A stretch of 64,000 nucleotides of DNA from positions 124,001-188,000 of the IMG/VR virus record IMGVR_UViG_3300042473_001265. One strand, given 5' to 3'. Position numbers and translations under genes: made by a program. This document shows, piece after piece, positions 18,854-27,201 of this stretch. The notes under the pieces were generated by a model. It saw nothing but the letters and a program-made list of their open reading frames with translations. It was not told where the DNA came from and did no database searches. The stretch's first letter is position 1; each line of letters starts with the position of its first letter.

Positions 18854-20187
18854 AATGATTGATACCATTCTTTTAGGTTAGGAAATGTGTTGCTAAAGTT
18901 TTTGTTCCTGCGCACATCATATTGATCAAAGAACTGGCGAAAGTCGTTGTGTAACTTGGGCATGTCAAATGTGTCGCTGTGTGGAGTTTTAACAATTTTC
19001 AAATAGTCAATCAATCTGCGAACATGATTCAGTTCAAATTCTTGACATGCTGATCTATTGTCAACTGATTCTTCCCACATGATCAAACAATTGCGAGCAG
19101 AGGACAACAAGGCAGGTGATAATACCAACGGAGATTGAAAACTTGGAAAGCGTAATATATTTAGTGTAAAATTAACTCGTTGTGTTCCGTAGGCTTTTTT
19201 TAATTTTATCAACTGTGTTAGGAATTCGGGCAATGTTTCTAAACACAATGCATTGATTGTACACATCACATGCACAGCACGAATATGATCGTGCTCCAAC
19301 AATTCTTGAACATTGTGCATCCATAGATCATAGTCCAAGCCGTCTCTTATGTATTCAGCAGCCGAGCCTGTTGCTTCGCAACTGGTGTATATCTCTAGGT
19401 GTGGGATATCTTGAACTCGTTCAATGAACTCCTGTAGCTTGATGCGATCCATGCCCAGATTTGAATTGATTGCTAGACGAGTTTGACTGCGACCTTGATT
19501 TGTTTTGAACCAGTCAATCAGCTTCCAGGTCTCACCGCTCATCAAGGGTTCGCCGCCGGTGATTCTCAGCTCTTGTAGTGTTCGGTGGAGGTCTGATTCC
19601 CACCAAGCAAAGAACGCTTCAACATATGGATTCGTCTCACCAAAGCGGTATAGTTGACTGCTATCGTGAGTGTGAGTAAAGTGGTTGCGCCCATCAGACA
19701 CCAAATTGGCATAGCCGCCGTGCTTTCGAATGTCATTGACCCATGTGCTACTGAAAGCAGGGTTACAATAGCTACAAGCAAATTGGCAAGTGCGGTCGAA
19801 CGCAATTTCAAGTGTGCGAAGATTGACGTCTTCATTGTACGGAGTTTGGTAAGCTTCATCAAGTGCCTTTATAGGGTAAATTTTACTTTTGTATACACGG
19901 TCGCTGACAGCATCAGTGGCCATGTCTTCGATCTTCCAGCAGTATTCACAACCGGCAGGGCGATCACCTGCCAGCATCTTCTTGCGATCATCTTTTTTCT
20001 TTGCTGTGTTATGCAGTGCAGCCGGATTGGTTTTTAGTTCTTCGAGATCAACAGCATGTGCTGGTGGATGATGACAACTGGTTGTTTGCCCGGAACCCAA
20101 CCATATAGTGGCATTGTACCATTTGGCTGCACAGAAACTAGCACTTTTGGTATCCAAGACCTGGTGCTTGAAATCTAGATCATTCAT
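18850..20187 (-). CDS. Radical SAM protein with N-terminal twitch-like domain (SCHH subtype)
   Basis: FCAAKW..SCHH..CEYCW; CQFACSYC; GGEP. Confidence 0.9.
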   Translation of the reverse strand: MNDLDFKHQVLDTKSASFCAAKWYNATIWLGSGQTTSCHHPPAHAVDLEELKTNPAALHNTAKKKDDRKKMLAGDRPAGCEYCWKIEDMATDAVSDRVYKSKIYPIKALDEAYQTPYNEDVNLRTLEIAFDRTCQFACSYCNPAFSSTWVNDIRKHGGYANLVSDGRNHFTHTHDSSQLYRFGETNPYVEAFFAWWESDLHRTLQELRITGGEPLMSGETWKLIDWFKTNQGRSQTRLAINSNLGMDRIKLQEFIERVQDIPHLEIYTSCEATGSAAEYIRDGLDYDLWMHNVQELLEHDHIRAVHVMCTINALCLETLPEFLTQLIKLKKAYGTQRVNFTLNILRFPSFQSPLVLSPALLSSARNCLIMWEESVDNRSACQEFELNHVRRLIDYLKIVKTPHSDTFDMPKLHNDFRQFFDQYDVRRNKNFSNTFPNLKEWYQSL

Positions 20188-21286
20188 TGAAATGTTTGTT
20201 TATAAATTGTTTAAAGCGGGCCGGAAATTCAGATCGAACTCGAGTTCGCATTTCCGCAAGATGTTGCTGGTTGTATTTACATACATTATAGCATTCTTTT
20301 AAGAAACTTGCAAGGTCTTGTTGACATAAATCTTTAACCACACGACTCACTTGCACCATTCTATCTTGATTGTTTGCTATTTCATCAAACCTCTCGTCAA
20401 TCACATGTCCGAATGTTTGAAATCCTAGATTATGCATATCTCTATAATATCCCTGATTGGCAACCGCAATCCATGGATGTCCAATTGCAATGGGTTTCCA
20501 TATTTTCTCTGTTCTAAAACTGTAGCGATAGTTTTGAACAGTTTCGGTCACCAAGCTAAAATAAGTATTGGTATACTGTGCCGGAACTAGATACACGTCT
20601 CCCCATATGTCAGACTCGAACAAATATTTTTTTACATTTTCATCAGTCTGAGATATGTCAACATTGAACCGATCAAGTTCGTATTGCCGATCGAGCAATT
20701 TCACCGGGCCATTGGCAGGATCTAAATTGCTCCATAATGCTGTATCAAGTACGTCGGCTAACTGTTCAATCATAAATTTTCTATGCTGTCTTCCTTTTCC
20801 GTTCAAAAATAAAAATTTATATGGTCGATTGGTTGAATAGGTGCGTTTATAAGTTTTTATAGCGTTGATATTTTCATCGTAGTCTAGTATTTTAGGAAGA
20901 AAATTTTCATATACAAGATGCAGATATTGTGCCGGAACATCGCCGCCGGTTAATAATAGTATTTTTCCTTTTTTGAGTAACTCAAGTAGATCAGTATTTT
21001 CATTTCCATTGGCCAGTTTAGTACGAAATTCTGGCCGGCCGCAACGATTTATTAAAGTTGCCGATCCTTCACTTGGTTCAGCATATATAGCTTTTATAGT
21101 ATTAGTTTTTACCAACTCTACAATTTTTTCAAAATTTTCTCCAAACTCAGCGTGACTTATCAAATATATAGCATTGGGAACCAAAGTGTGTTCTTGAAAA
21201 ATAGAAAATTTATCGTCGGCATACACAGCAAGTTCATCGTGTATTCCACATCCTGTGTCTATTATTAATTTACGATTGCCGAGCAT
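20180..21286 (-). CDS. Putative glycosyltransferase (GT10-like TEK motif)
   Basis: LVTETV..RTEKIWKPI..HPWI..GFQTF..DERFD; visibly more AT-rich than neighbours. Confidence 0.5.
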   Translation of the reverse strand: MLGNRKLIIDTGCGIHDELAVYADDKFSIFQEHTLVPNAIYLISHAEFGENFEKIVELVKTNTIKAIYAEPSEGSATLINRCGRPEFRTKLANGNENTDLLELLKKGKILLLTGGDVPAQYLHLVYENFLPKILDYDENINAIKTYKRTYSTNRPYKFLFLNGKGRQHRKFMIEQLADVLDTALWSNLDPANGPVKLLDRQYELDRFNVDISQTDENVKKYLFESDIWGDVYLVPAQYTNTYFSLVTETVQNYRYSFRTEKIWKPIAIGHPWIAVANQGYYRDMHNLGFQTFGHVIDERFDEIANNQDRMVQVSRVVKDLCQQDLASFLKECYNVCKYNQQHLAEMRTRVRSEFPARFKQFINKHFNE

Positions 21287-22694
21287 GGTACTCACATTCC
21301 TTCCACCAGGCACTCATTTCTGGAAACACGCTCAAGAAGTCTGTACCGTGTCTGTGATCTGCTTCTGTAAAGAACCGATAGAAGTCAGCTTTATTTCGTT
21401 GCAGGTACGCAGAGTCTAATCGTTGTCCATCACGCATCCAGGCTATGTCGCGATCAAGACGAGATATTTCATAATCTTTGAAACCGTGCAATCTGGTTGC
21501 TTCTGTTTCGATACCGTGTTGCATTGATATTTTTAATTTTTCCAACTGTGCTGCATAGCTTTCTGGCAACAATTGTAAACTTTGCCAAGCGGGTTGTCGC
21601 AGCACTGGAGTATCAAACCACACACGCTGATATGTGCTGCTGTGTTTTTTTCTAAGTTCTATAATGCCATCTAACAGCTCGGGTAAACTTGTCACACTTA
21701 GGTTATTCATTGTCACAATAAATGTCACACTGTTGCGCGAAGGAACTTCGGTTAAGAACTGATTTACTCTGCTCCACACCAAATCAAAATTCATGCCATG
21801 GCGCATGTACTCGGCCTGACGGCCCCATCCGTCTAGACTGATGTATTGCATAAAGTGCTCAACCACTCCTTCTTGGCACAATTGTTTGGTGTAGGCCAAA
21901 TAGCGTTGCCAACTTTTTTCATCCACACTGAAGTTGCTGGTTACATTGAGATGCAGATTAGATTTGGGATTGGCCAGCACATAGTCAAACACACGATAGG
22001 TATTCCGATCCAGCAATGGTTCGCCGCCGGTCATTCTGAAGTGCTCCAACTCGGGATACAAGGTGGGCCACCACTGCCAAAACGCTTCCACATAGGGATT
22101 GTGCTCACGAACAGGAATGGATTTACGGTCACCTGCAAAGTGCTCAGGCGCATTGTGCGGGATGGATGTAGGATAAGCACCGTGCCGATCAGTTTCTTGT
22201 TGCCAGGTGCTGCTGAACTGTGGGCTACAATAGCTGCAAGCAAGGTTACAAGCGTTGTTGAAATTTACTTCAACATAACTGGGAGTAATGTCAGCGTCCC
22301 ACTCTGCATTCACAATGGTGCCAAAGTCTTTGGCAGCCCACGGTTCTCCTGATCTGTAATGTCGGTCACTGAGTTTGCCATTGTCTTCCATTGTCCAACA
22401 GTAGCTGCATTCAGCAGGACGTGTGCCCTCTAGCATTTGTTTACGCTGTTGTTTTTTATAATCAGTGTTGTGTAATGCAGCAGGATTGCGACCAATGGCA
22501 TCTACAGGAATACGATGCAAGGGCGGGTGGTAACAACTGTTGTTAAGGCCAGTGGTCAGGTGTAGACTGACTTGTTTCCATTTGGCCAGACACATGCTGG
22601 GACTAACAGTATCTAACTGTTGTTTGATTAGTTCGGCATCACTTAAAAACTTTGATTTAAAGTCTTCGTTGACTTCGTCACCTTTGTTTTGCAT
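21270..22694 (-). CDS. Radical SAM protein with N-terminal twitch-like domain (SCYH subtype)
   Basis: MCLAKW..SCYH..CSYCW; CNLACSYC; GGEP. Confidence 0.9.
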   Translation of the reverse strand: MQNKGDEVNEDFKSKFLSDAELIKQQLDTVSPSMCLAKWKQVSLHLTTGLNNSCYHPPLHRIPVDAIGRNPAALHNTDYKKQQRKQMLEGTRPAECSYCWTMEDNGKLSDRHYRSGEPWAAKDFGTIVNAEWDADITPSYVEVNFNNACNLACSYCSPQFSSTWQQETDRHGAYPTSIPHNAPEHFAGDRKSIPVREHNPYVEAFWQWWPTLYPELEHFRMTGGEPLLDRNTYRVFDYVLANPKSNLHLNVTSNFSVDEKSWQRYLAYTKQLCQEGVVEHFMQYISLDGWGRQAEYMRHGMNFDLVWSRVNQFLTEVPSRNSVTFIVTMNNLSVTSLPELLDGIIELRKKHSSTYQRVWFDTPVLRQPAWQSLQLLPESYAAQLEKLKISMQHGIETEATRLHGFKDYEISRLDRDIAWMRDGQRLDSAYLQRNKADFYRFFTEADHRHGTDFLSVFPEMSAWWKECEYHARQS

Positions 22695-23621
22695 TCACCA
22701 ACCTTCTTGACTACGAATAACATCAATCTCTCTCACAGCGACACCGCGATTGTGCCAGTTACTGCGATAATGATGTTTAAAGAATTTACTAGCAGACTCA
22801 TCAATCCATACCATTGGTAAATCCAACTGCGTAGTCAATTCGTTTGCTACTCGGCTCAACACCACTTCCGGGTCAGTGTCTTTTACTGTGTCCCACAGTT
22901 GTTCCAGCGCAGCAAAATCTTGTACTGCGCGATGGTCCCAGTTGGTCAGCATGGTCATGTATGAACCCATGCGCGATCCAGCCATACTCCAAATGCCGTG
23001 TTCAGCATCGCGACCCACATTGTGCCATATGGTCAAGTTGTCGAGATTGCGTTGATGCACACGATTTTGAAACTCTGCCACTGTGGGTTTCTTACCTGTG
23101 TTCAAACACATTTTGACCCCTTCGCGAAACCCGGCACGCCATGCGTGAAAAGCTGAACCATTGGGATATGTGGTTGAATAGCAATCATGCATGGCCCAGT
23201 ACAACGGATCAAAGCAAAACTCCACTTCGGTTGCTGCACGACCGTCGGTGGCTTCGTGTGTTCGCATATCGTTGACAAACTTTCTAGTCCACGAACTCAG
23301 CCCGCCGTTGCCATACATCAATCCGTTTATGTGATTACGGGCACGCCAGCGGAACACTGCGGATTCCCATTGTGCATCAGGCAACTCCAGTGTCTGGTTA
23401 AAAAATTCAGGGTCTGGCATGTTGTCGCCGTCGATCAACACAAAGCGTTCGGTATCACTGGCCGCAGCAGCAGCTTTGTGTGCTGCATCACTGCCCCGAA
23501 CACCATCCACTCGCTTGGCCCAAGGAACCATATTGCGAATCTTTATCCAGAATTCTTCTTTTTGTGGTTCATCATAAGTTAGATAAATGCAGTCAAGGTC
23601 TGCGATGTCAATCCGATTCAT
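22695..23621 (-). CDS. Glycosyltransferase-like protein (GT-A fold)
   Basis: IYLTYDEP, RVDGVRGSDAAHKAAA, LIDGDN (DxD), NGLMYGNGG, WRAGFREGVKM. Confidence 0.65.
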   Translation of the reverse strand: MNRIDIADLDCIYLTYDEPQKEEFWIKIRNMVPWAKRVDGVRGSDAAHKAAAAASDTERFVLIDGDNMPDPEFFNQTLELPDAQWESAVFRWRARNHINGLMYGNGGLSSWTRKFVNDMRTHEATDGRAATEVEFCFDPLYWAMHDCYSTTYPNGSAFHAWRAGFREGVKMCLNTGKKPTVAEFQNRVHQRNLDNLTIWHNVGRDAEHGIWSMAGSRMGSYMTMLTNWDHRAVQDFAALEQLWDTVKDTDPEVVLSRVANELTTQLDLPMVWIDESASKFFKHHYRSNWHNRGVAVREIDVIRSQEGW

Positions 23622-23955
23622 GTGATTTTAAACTCCATTTTGTATGTGGTTGTTGCGGATCAACAACAATGCTGATGTTGCTGGGTACGCAAGGTGTACC
23701 GGTTGAGCCGGGTACTAGTTTGGTAACTGTTTTCTTTGGCACTATGTGTACAAGTTTTCCTTCAATGACCTGCACACGATGTGAGCTCAGTCGATATGTT
23801 TCAGCATCTATGTCTATGTAATTACCTGGCTGGTGTTCCATGCTGTAAGATACCGGGCGACCATGTTCGTCGTAGTACAGCCTAAAAAACACAGGCGCAG
23901 GTTCTGGCACAGGTTCTGCCCAGGCCTTCCAAAAATTTTCTTCAGTTTCATTCAC
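23608..23955 (-). CDS. Hypothetical protein
   Basis: ORF track frame; start uncertain (GTG 23955 or ATG 23973). Confidence 0.6.
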   Translation of the reverse strand: MNETEENFWKAWAEPVPEPAPVFFRLYYDEHGRPVSYSMEHQPGNYIDIDAETYRLSSHRVQVIEGKLVHIVPKKTVTKLVPGSTGTPCVPSNISIVVDPQQPHTKWSLKSHESD

Positions 23956-24229
23956 GGTCCGGGGCCAATCCATTGCTGTGTTTATGAGCCGCTGTGTCGA
24001 CATCTTGATCAAATCGTTTCACTTGCACAGGGTCAATACCCAGTACTTTGGCGTAGGAGCACAACAAACATTTGGGATTGCCACAATCCATGGCATGCTG
24101 TTTTGCAAACTTGTGTGGTTGACTGACATCCGATCCTTTGGATTTTGCAATCCGGGTCTGCTTCTTTACAGCGTTTTCATCTTTGAGCAGTCGTTTGCTG
24201 TGTTTGATTTTGTCTTGTTCAGTACTCAT
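23948..24229 (-). CDS. Basic hypothetical protein with H..CGNPKCLLC putative Zn-binding motif
   Basis: GGAG RBS and ATGA overlap at 24226-24229. Confidence 0.7.
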   Translation of the reverse strand: MSTEQDKIKHSKRLLKDENAVKKQTRIAKSKGSDVSQPHKFAKQHAMDCGNPKCLLCSYAKVLGIDPVQVKRFDQDVDTAAHKHSNGLAPDRE

Positions 24230-24969
24230 GTCAATCTCCAGTCTTTCATATGATAATGCACAAATCCCCACTGTGCTATGGTGTTTATACGCACACCCGG
24301 ATTGGTATTTTCCCATACCAATTCTTTGGTCCAGTCGTTAGTGTGGGTGGCAACAATGCCTGGTTTCATATGCACCATAGTGGGTCCATATCCCAGGGGC
24401 AAGGTCACTTGTTCTCTGCCTGTGATTTCTACTGCCATTGCATAAACAACATCAGTTGACGGAACTTCTTCGGGAAATTTCAACAGTGTTTTAAAGTTGT
24501 CCCAGTTTTCAAAAATACTCCTGACCAATTGAAAAAAGTCCTGTGCTGTTTTACTTACACGCCAATATGTAATAGCATTATAAACATCAGGCAACTTGTT
24601 CACATCAAACAATTTTCTGTAACGACGATTGCTACCAGGTTGATCGTAAAAGTCTCTACATCCCTGACTGATCACAACATCACGATGTTCAAACATGGTC
24701 CACCAGTGATTCACTGGACTGGCTGCAATCATATCTGCTTCCAGTTTGATAGTTTGCCTGTAAGGGCTGGCAGCAAACACTTGCCAGTCGTTGGCAAAGC
24801 CACCGCGATCGCCGTAGGGCAACATTTCTTTTGTCAATACAGTTATGTTGGCATCAGGATGCCATGCTCGTATGCTGTCGGCCAACTGGTTGGCGCAGGC
24901 CACATAGTCCACTGTGTCTGTGTTTACAGCTGGGATTAGGTATCCGCGCTCAGCAAGGATTTTCAACAA
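24226..24969 (-). CDS. Glycosyltransferase-like protein (GT-A, GT8-like)
   Basis: SPYRQTIKLEAD, STDVVYA, VHMKP; paralog of 24950-25753. Confidence 0.6.
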   Translation of the reverse strand: MLKILAERGYLIPAVNTDTVDYVACANQLADSIRAWHPDANITVLTKEMLPYGDRGGFANDWQVFAASPYRQTIKLEADMIAASPVNHWWTMFEHRDVVISQGCRDFYDQPGSNRRYRKLFDVNKLPDVYNAITYWRVSKTAQDFFQLVRSIFENWDNFKTLLKFPEEVPSTDVVYAMAVEITGREQVTLPLGYGPTMVHMKPGIVATHTNDWTKELVWENTNPGVRINTIAQWGFVHYHMKDWRLT

Positions 24970-25753
24970 TTGCTCCTAGCTGTTGTTTGCCCATGGCATG
25001 AAAGTCCTGACTTATAGTAACCCATCGTGCTTTGTTGTCAATTGTTTTAAAGTCTATTCTGTATAGATCCGGTGATAACTGTGTCAATCGGTGTTCTGGT
25101 GTAACGCTGACCAGTGAACCCGGGATTGAGTTGACTTTCAATGTGTGTCCGTTTAGAGTATTTAACGCAATGCTCAGTGCATGGTCGTTTCTGTAGGTGG
25201 CTGTGTTATTTTTGTATAGATTTCTATAGTGTGTCCAGTTGTCTCTGACCATTTGCATTGAATCAAACAACAATTCAACCGACTTGCTGCGATTGAACAT
25301 CATCACAGTGGCCCACCACATGGGCATGCGATGACTGCCAAAGTAATTTAGATCATCAAATGTTCTAACACCTGTGGCATCGGCGGCCCATCTATGGCAT
25401 AAAAATTCTTGATGGCTTTGTAGTATAGTAGCAAGTTGATCACTGGCCACAACATAATCGGCGTCCAATACCAATGTTTGATCCCATGGACTAAGACGAT
25501 AAGCGTCCATACGGTTGGTGTTGTGCCACGCAACAGGTTCGCCAATGTCAGCAAAGTGTCGTACACCACTGCCTGCTGGATGGTCAACCAACACAACACG
25601 ATCAAAACTGTGGCCAACGAGTGGTTCTTTGTCTGTAACTAAACAAACAGGAATTTTTAAATGGCGGTGTATGTTGGCAGCAGACCAATTGGCCATGGCA
25701 ACATAATCAATATGCTTGTTGTTAAACGCAAATATTAGTGCGCCAGTGGTCAT
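24950..25753 (-). CDS. Glycosyltransferase-like protein (GT-A, GT8-like)
   Basis: SPWDQTLVLDAD (DxD), RNDHALSIA, HAMGK; ATGA-coupled start MTTGALIFA. Confidence 0.65.
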   Translation of the reverse strand: MTTGALIFAFNNKHIDYVAMANWSAANIHRHLKIPVCLVTDKEPLVGHSFDRVVLVDHPAGSGVRHFADIGEPVAWHNTNRMDAYRLSPWDQTLVLDADYVVASDQLATILQSHQEFLCHRWAADATGVRTFDDLNYFGSHRMPMWWATVMMFNRSKSVELLFDSMQMVRDNWTHYRNLYKNNTATYRNDHALSIALNTLNGHTLKVNSIPGSLVSVTPEHRLTQLSPDLYRIDFKTIDNKARWVTISQDFHAMGKQQLGAIVENPC

Positions 25754-26058
25754 CGTTTTTTGTTTAATTCTTCGTATTCGACCAACCATGCTGTCATTTG
25801 TTCTTGCCAGCGACCCAGTGCTAGATACTGTAGTTCTGCGGGATTAATCTGCACTGGTGTTTCGTACAGGTCTAAAATTACCACTGCATCTTGTACTGGA
25901 ATTGCTTGCAACAGTGTCAGCAGTTCAGGGCCAGCACACCACATGCCACCATTGTAGGCAAACAACATTTTGGCGGCATATTTTTCTTTGAGCAGACGGC
26001 GGGCGGCCACATGCTCAAAACGAGTGCGACCAGTTTCGATCAATTGTTCAGTATTCAT
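25750..26058 (-). CDS. Hypothetical protein, first gene of the modification operon
   Basis: ORF track 102 aa directly after promoter. Confidence 0.75.
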   Translation of the reverse strand: MNTEQLIETGRTRFEHVAARRLLKEKYAAKMLFAYNGGMWCAGPELLTLLQAIPVQDAVVILDLYETPVQINPAELQYLALGRWQEQMTAWLVEYEELNKKR

Positions 26059-26065
26059 GTAGATT

Positions 26066-26094
26066 ATTATACAGCATACACAGACAAAAGTAAA
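26066..26094 (-). promoter_or_regulatory. Sigma70-type promoter (leaderless) for the 26058-10997 operon
   Basis: TTTACT-17 bp-TATAAT, 7 nt before ATG, no SD. Confidence 0.6.
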
Positions 26095-26113
26095 GGGCCC
26101 TAAGGCCCTTTTT
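26086..26113 (-). terminator. Rho-independent terminator ending the tail operon (possibly bidirectional)
   Basis: AAAGGGCC-CTAA-GGCCCTTT stem with T-rich tracts on both strands. Confidence 0.8.
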
Positions 26114-26133
26114 GGTAAACCGTTACAGTTTAA

Positions 26134-27126
26134 TTAAGCAACTGTGGCAGCAATACTTGGTGTGCCCCATGCTGCACTGGTCAGGTAAGTGGCACTTGGT
26201 AAAAACAGTGTAACTATTGTGGCAGGTGCAGTACCAAATGTACTGAATGGTGAACCAGTAGCAGTACCACCAGAGATGATGTTGGTACCACCCGGTGCTG
26301 CATCGCCACCTGGATCATTCCACAATGTGGTCAATACCAGTTGTGTGCCGCTGCCTGCTGTTTTGGCGTTGATAGAAATGCTCTGACCAGTGTACGGTAC
26401 TGTATCGCCAAATTGACGATAAATCAGTTGATCGGAGGTTGAGAAATCATACCATCCCACTGTGGTTGCCAATGTGCCGGGTGTTCCAGTTCCACCAATT
26501 TTAGTTGTACCAGTATATGCTGTGCCTGCAATGGTCTGTGTGGCTATACCGCCGGTGATATAAATGTCGCCAACTAGTGTGGTGGCCAAGTCATTCCACT
26601 CAGGATCGCCATCGTTGCCAGTTGAAGATTTGTTGCATTCCCATTTGATGCGGCCGCCAGCATTGAAAAAATATCGTGCAGCATCAGCACTGGCCCAGGT
26701 TATGGTGTGAGTGAATGTGATTGACCACGCAGAATCACCACTGCCGGTGCTGGTTGTTTTGCTTGATGTACCACTGAATGCAACAGTCTGCGCACCACTG
26801 GCCACTGCATTACCACGGTTGGTAGTAATATTAGTAATATCTGTGTCTAAATTTGCTAAAATTGCAATGGTGCTACCCACAGTGGGATTTGATCTGCTGG
26901 TGATAGTTGTGCCAGTTTGGCTGGCCATTGAGCTAATTCTATTGTTCAATGTGGCCCATTGTGTGGCTGTGATAGTTGCATTAGTGGAGACGGTGCTCAC
27001 TGCTGTTTCACCATAGCCAAATGATGCGGCACCTGTTGACCAGATTCCATTTATATTGGCAGCGTTAGTGCTGATAAAACCGTTGTAGTCTGCTGCTACT
27101 ATGGTATTTCCTGCTGAATAAGTCAT
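26134..27126 (-). CDS. Virion structural protein (Thr/Gly/Ala-rich, tail/fibre associated)
   Basis: Composition; ARYFFNAGG motif; position at end of tail operon. Confidence 0.6.
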   Translation of the reverse strand: MTYSAGNTIVAADYNGFISTNAANINGIWSTGAASFGYGETAVSTVSTNATITATQWATLNNRISSMASQTGTTITSRSNPTVGSTIAILANLDTDITNITTNRGNAVASGAQTVAFSGTSSKTTSTGSGDSAWSITFTHTITWASADAARYFFNAGGRIKWECNKSSTGNDGDPEWNDLATTLVGDIYITGGIATQTIAGTAYTGTTKIGGTGTPGTLATTVGWYDFSTSDQLIYRQFGDTVPYTGQSISINAKTAGSGTQLVLTTLWNDPGGDAAPGGTNIISGGTATGSPFSTFGTAPATIVTLFLPSATYLTSAAWGTPSIAATVA

Positions 27127-27201
27127 TTTTGTTTCCCTTTGTATTAGTTGATCAATTTCAACGCAATCTTCGATTGCTGGGTGATATTAACCTGTGTTAT
27201 T

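Noticed and set aside
15044-22694. MoaA, PqqE, anaerobic sulfatase maturase or QueE assignments for the rSAM genes
   Set aside because: Domain order is inverted, and no partner genes (moaC, pqqA-D, sulfatase, queC/queD/folE) are in the window.
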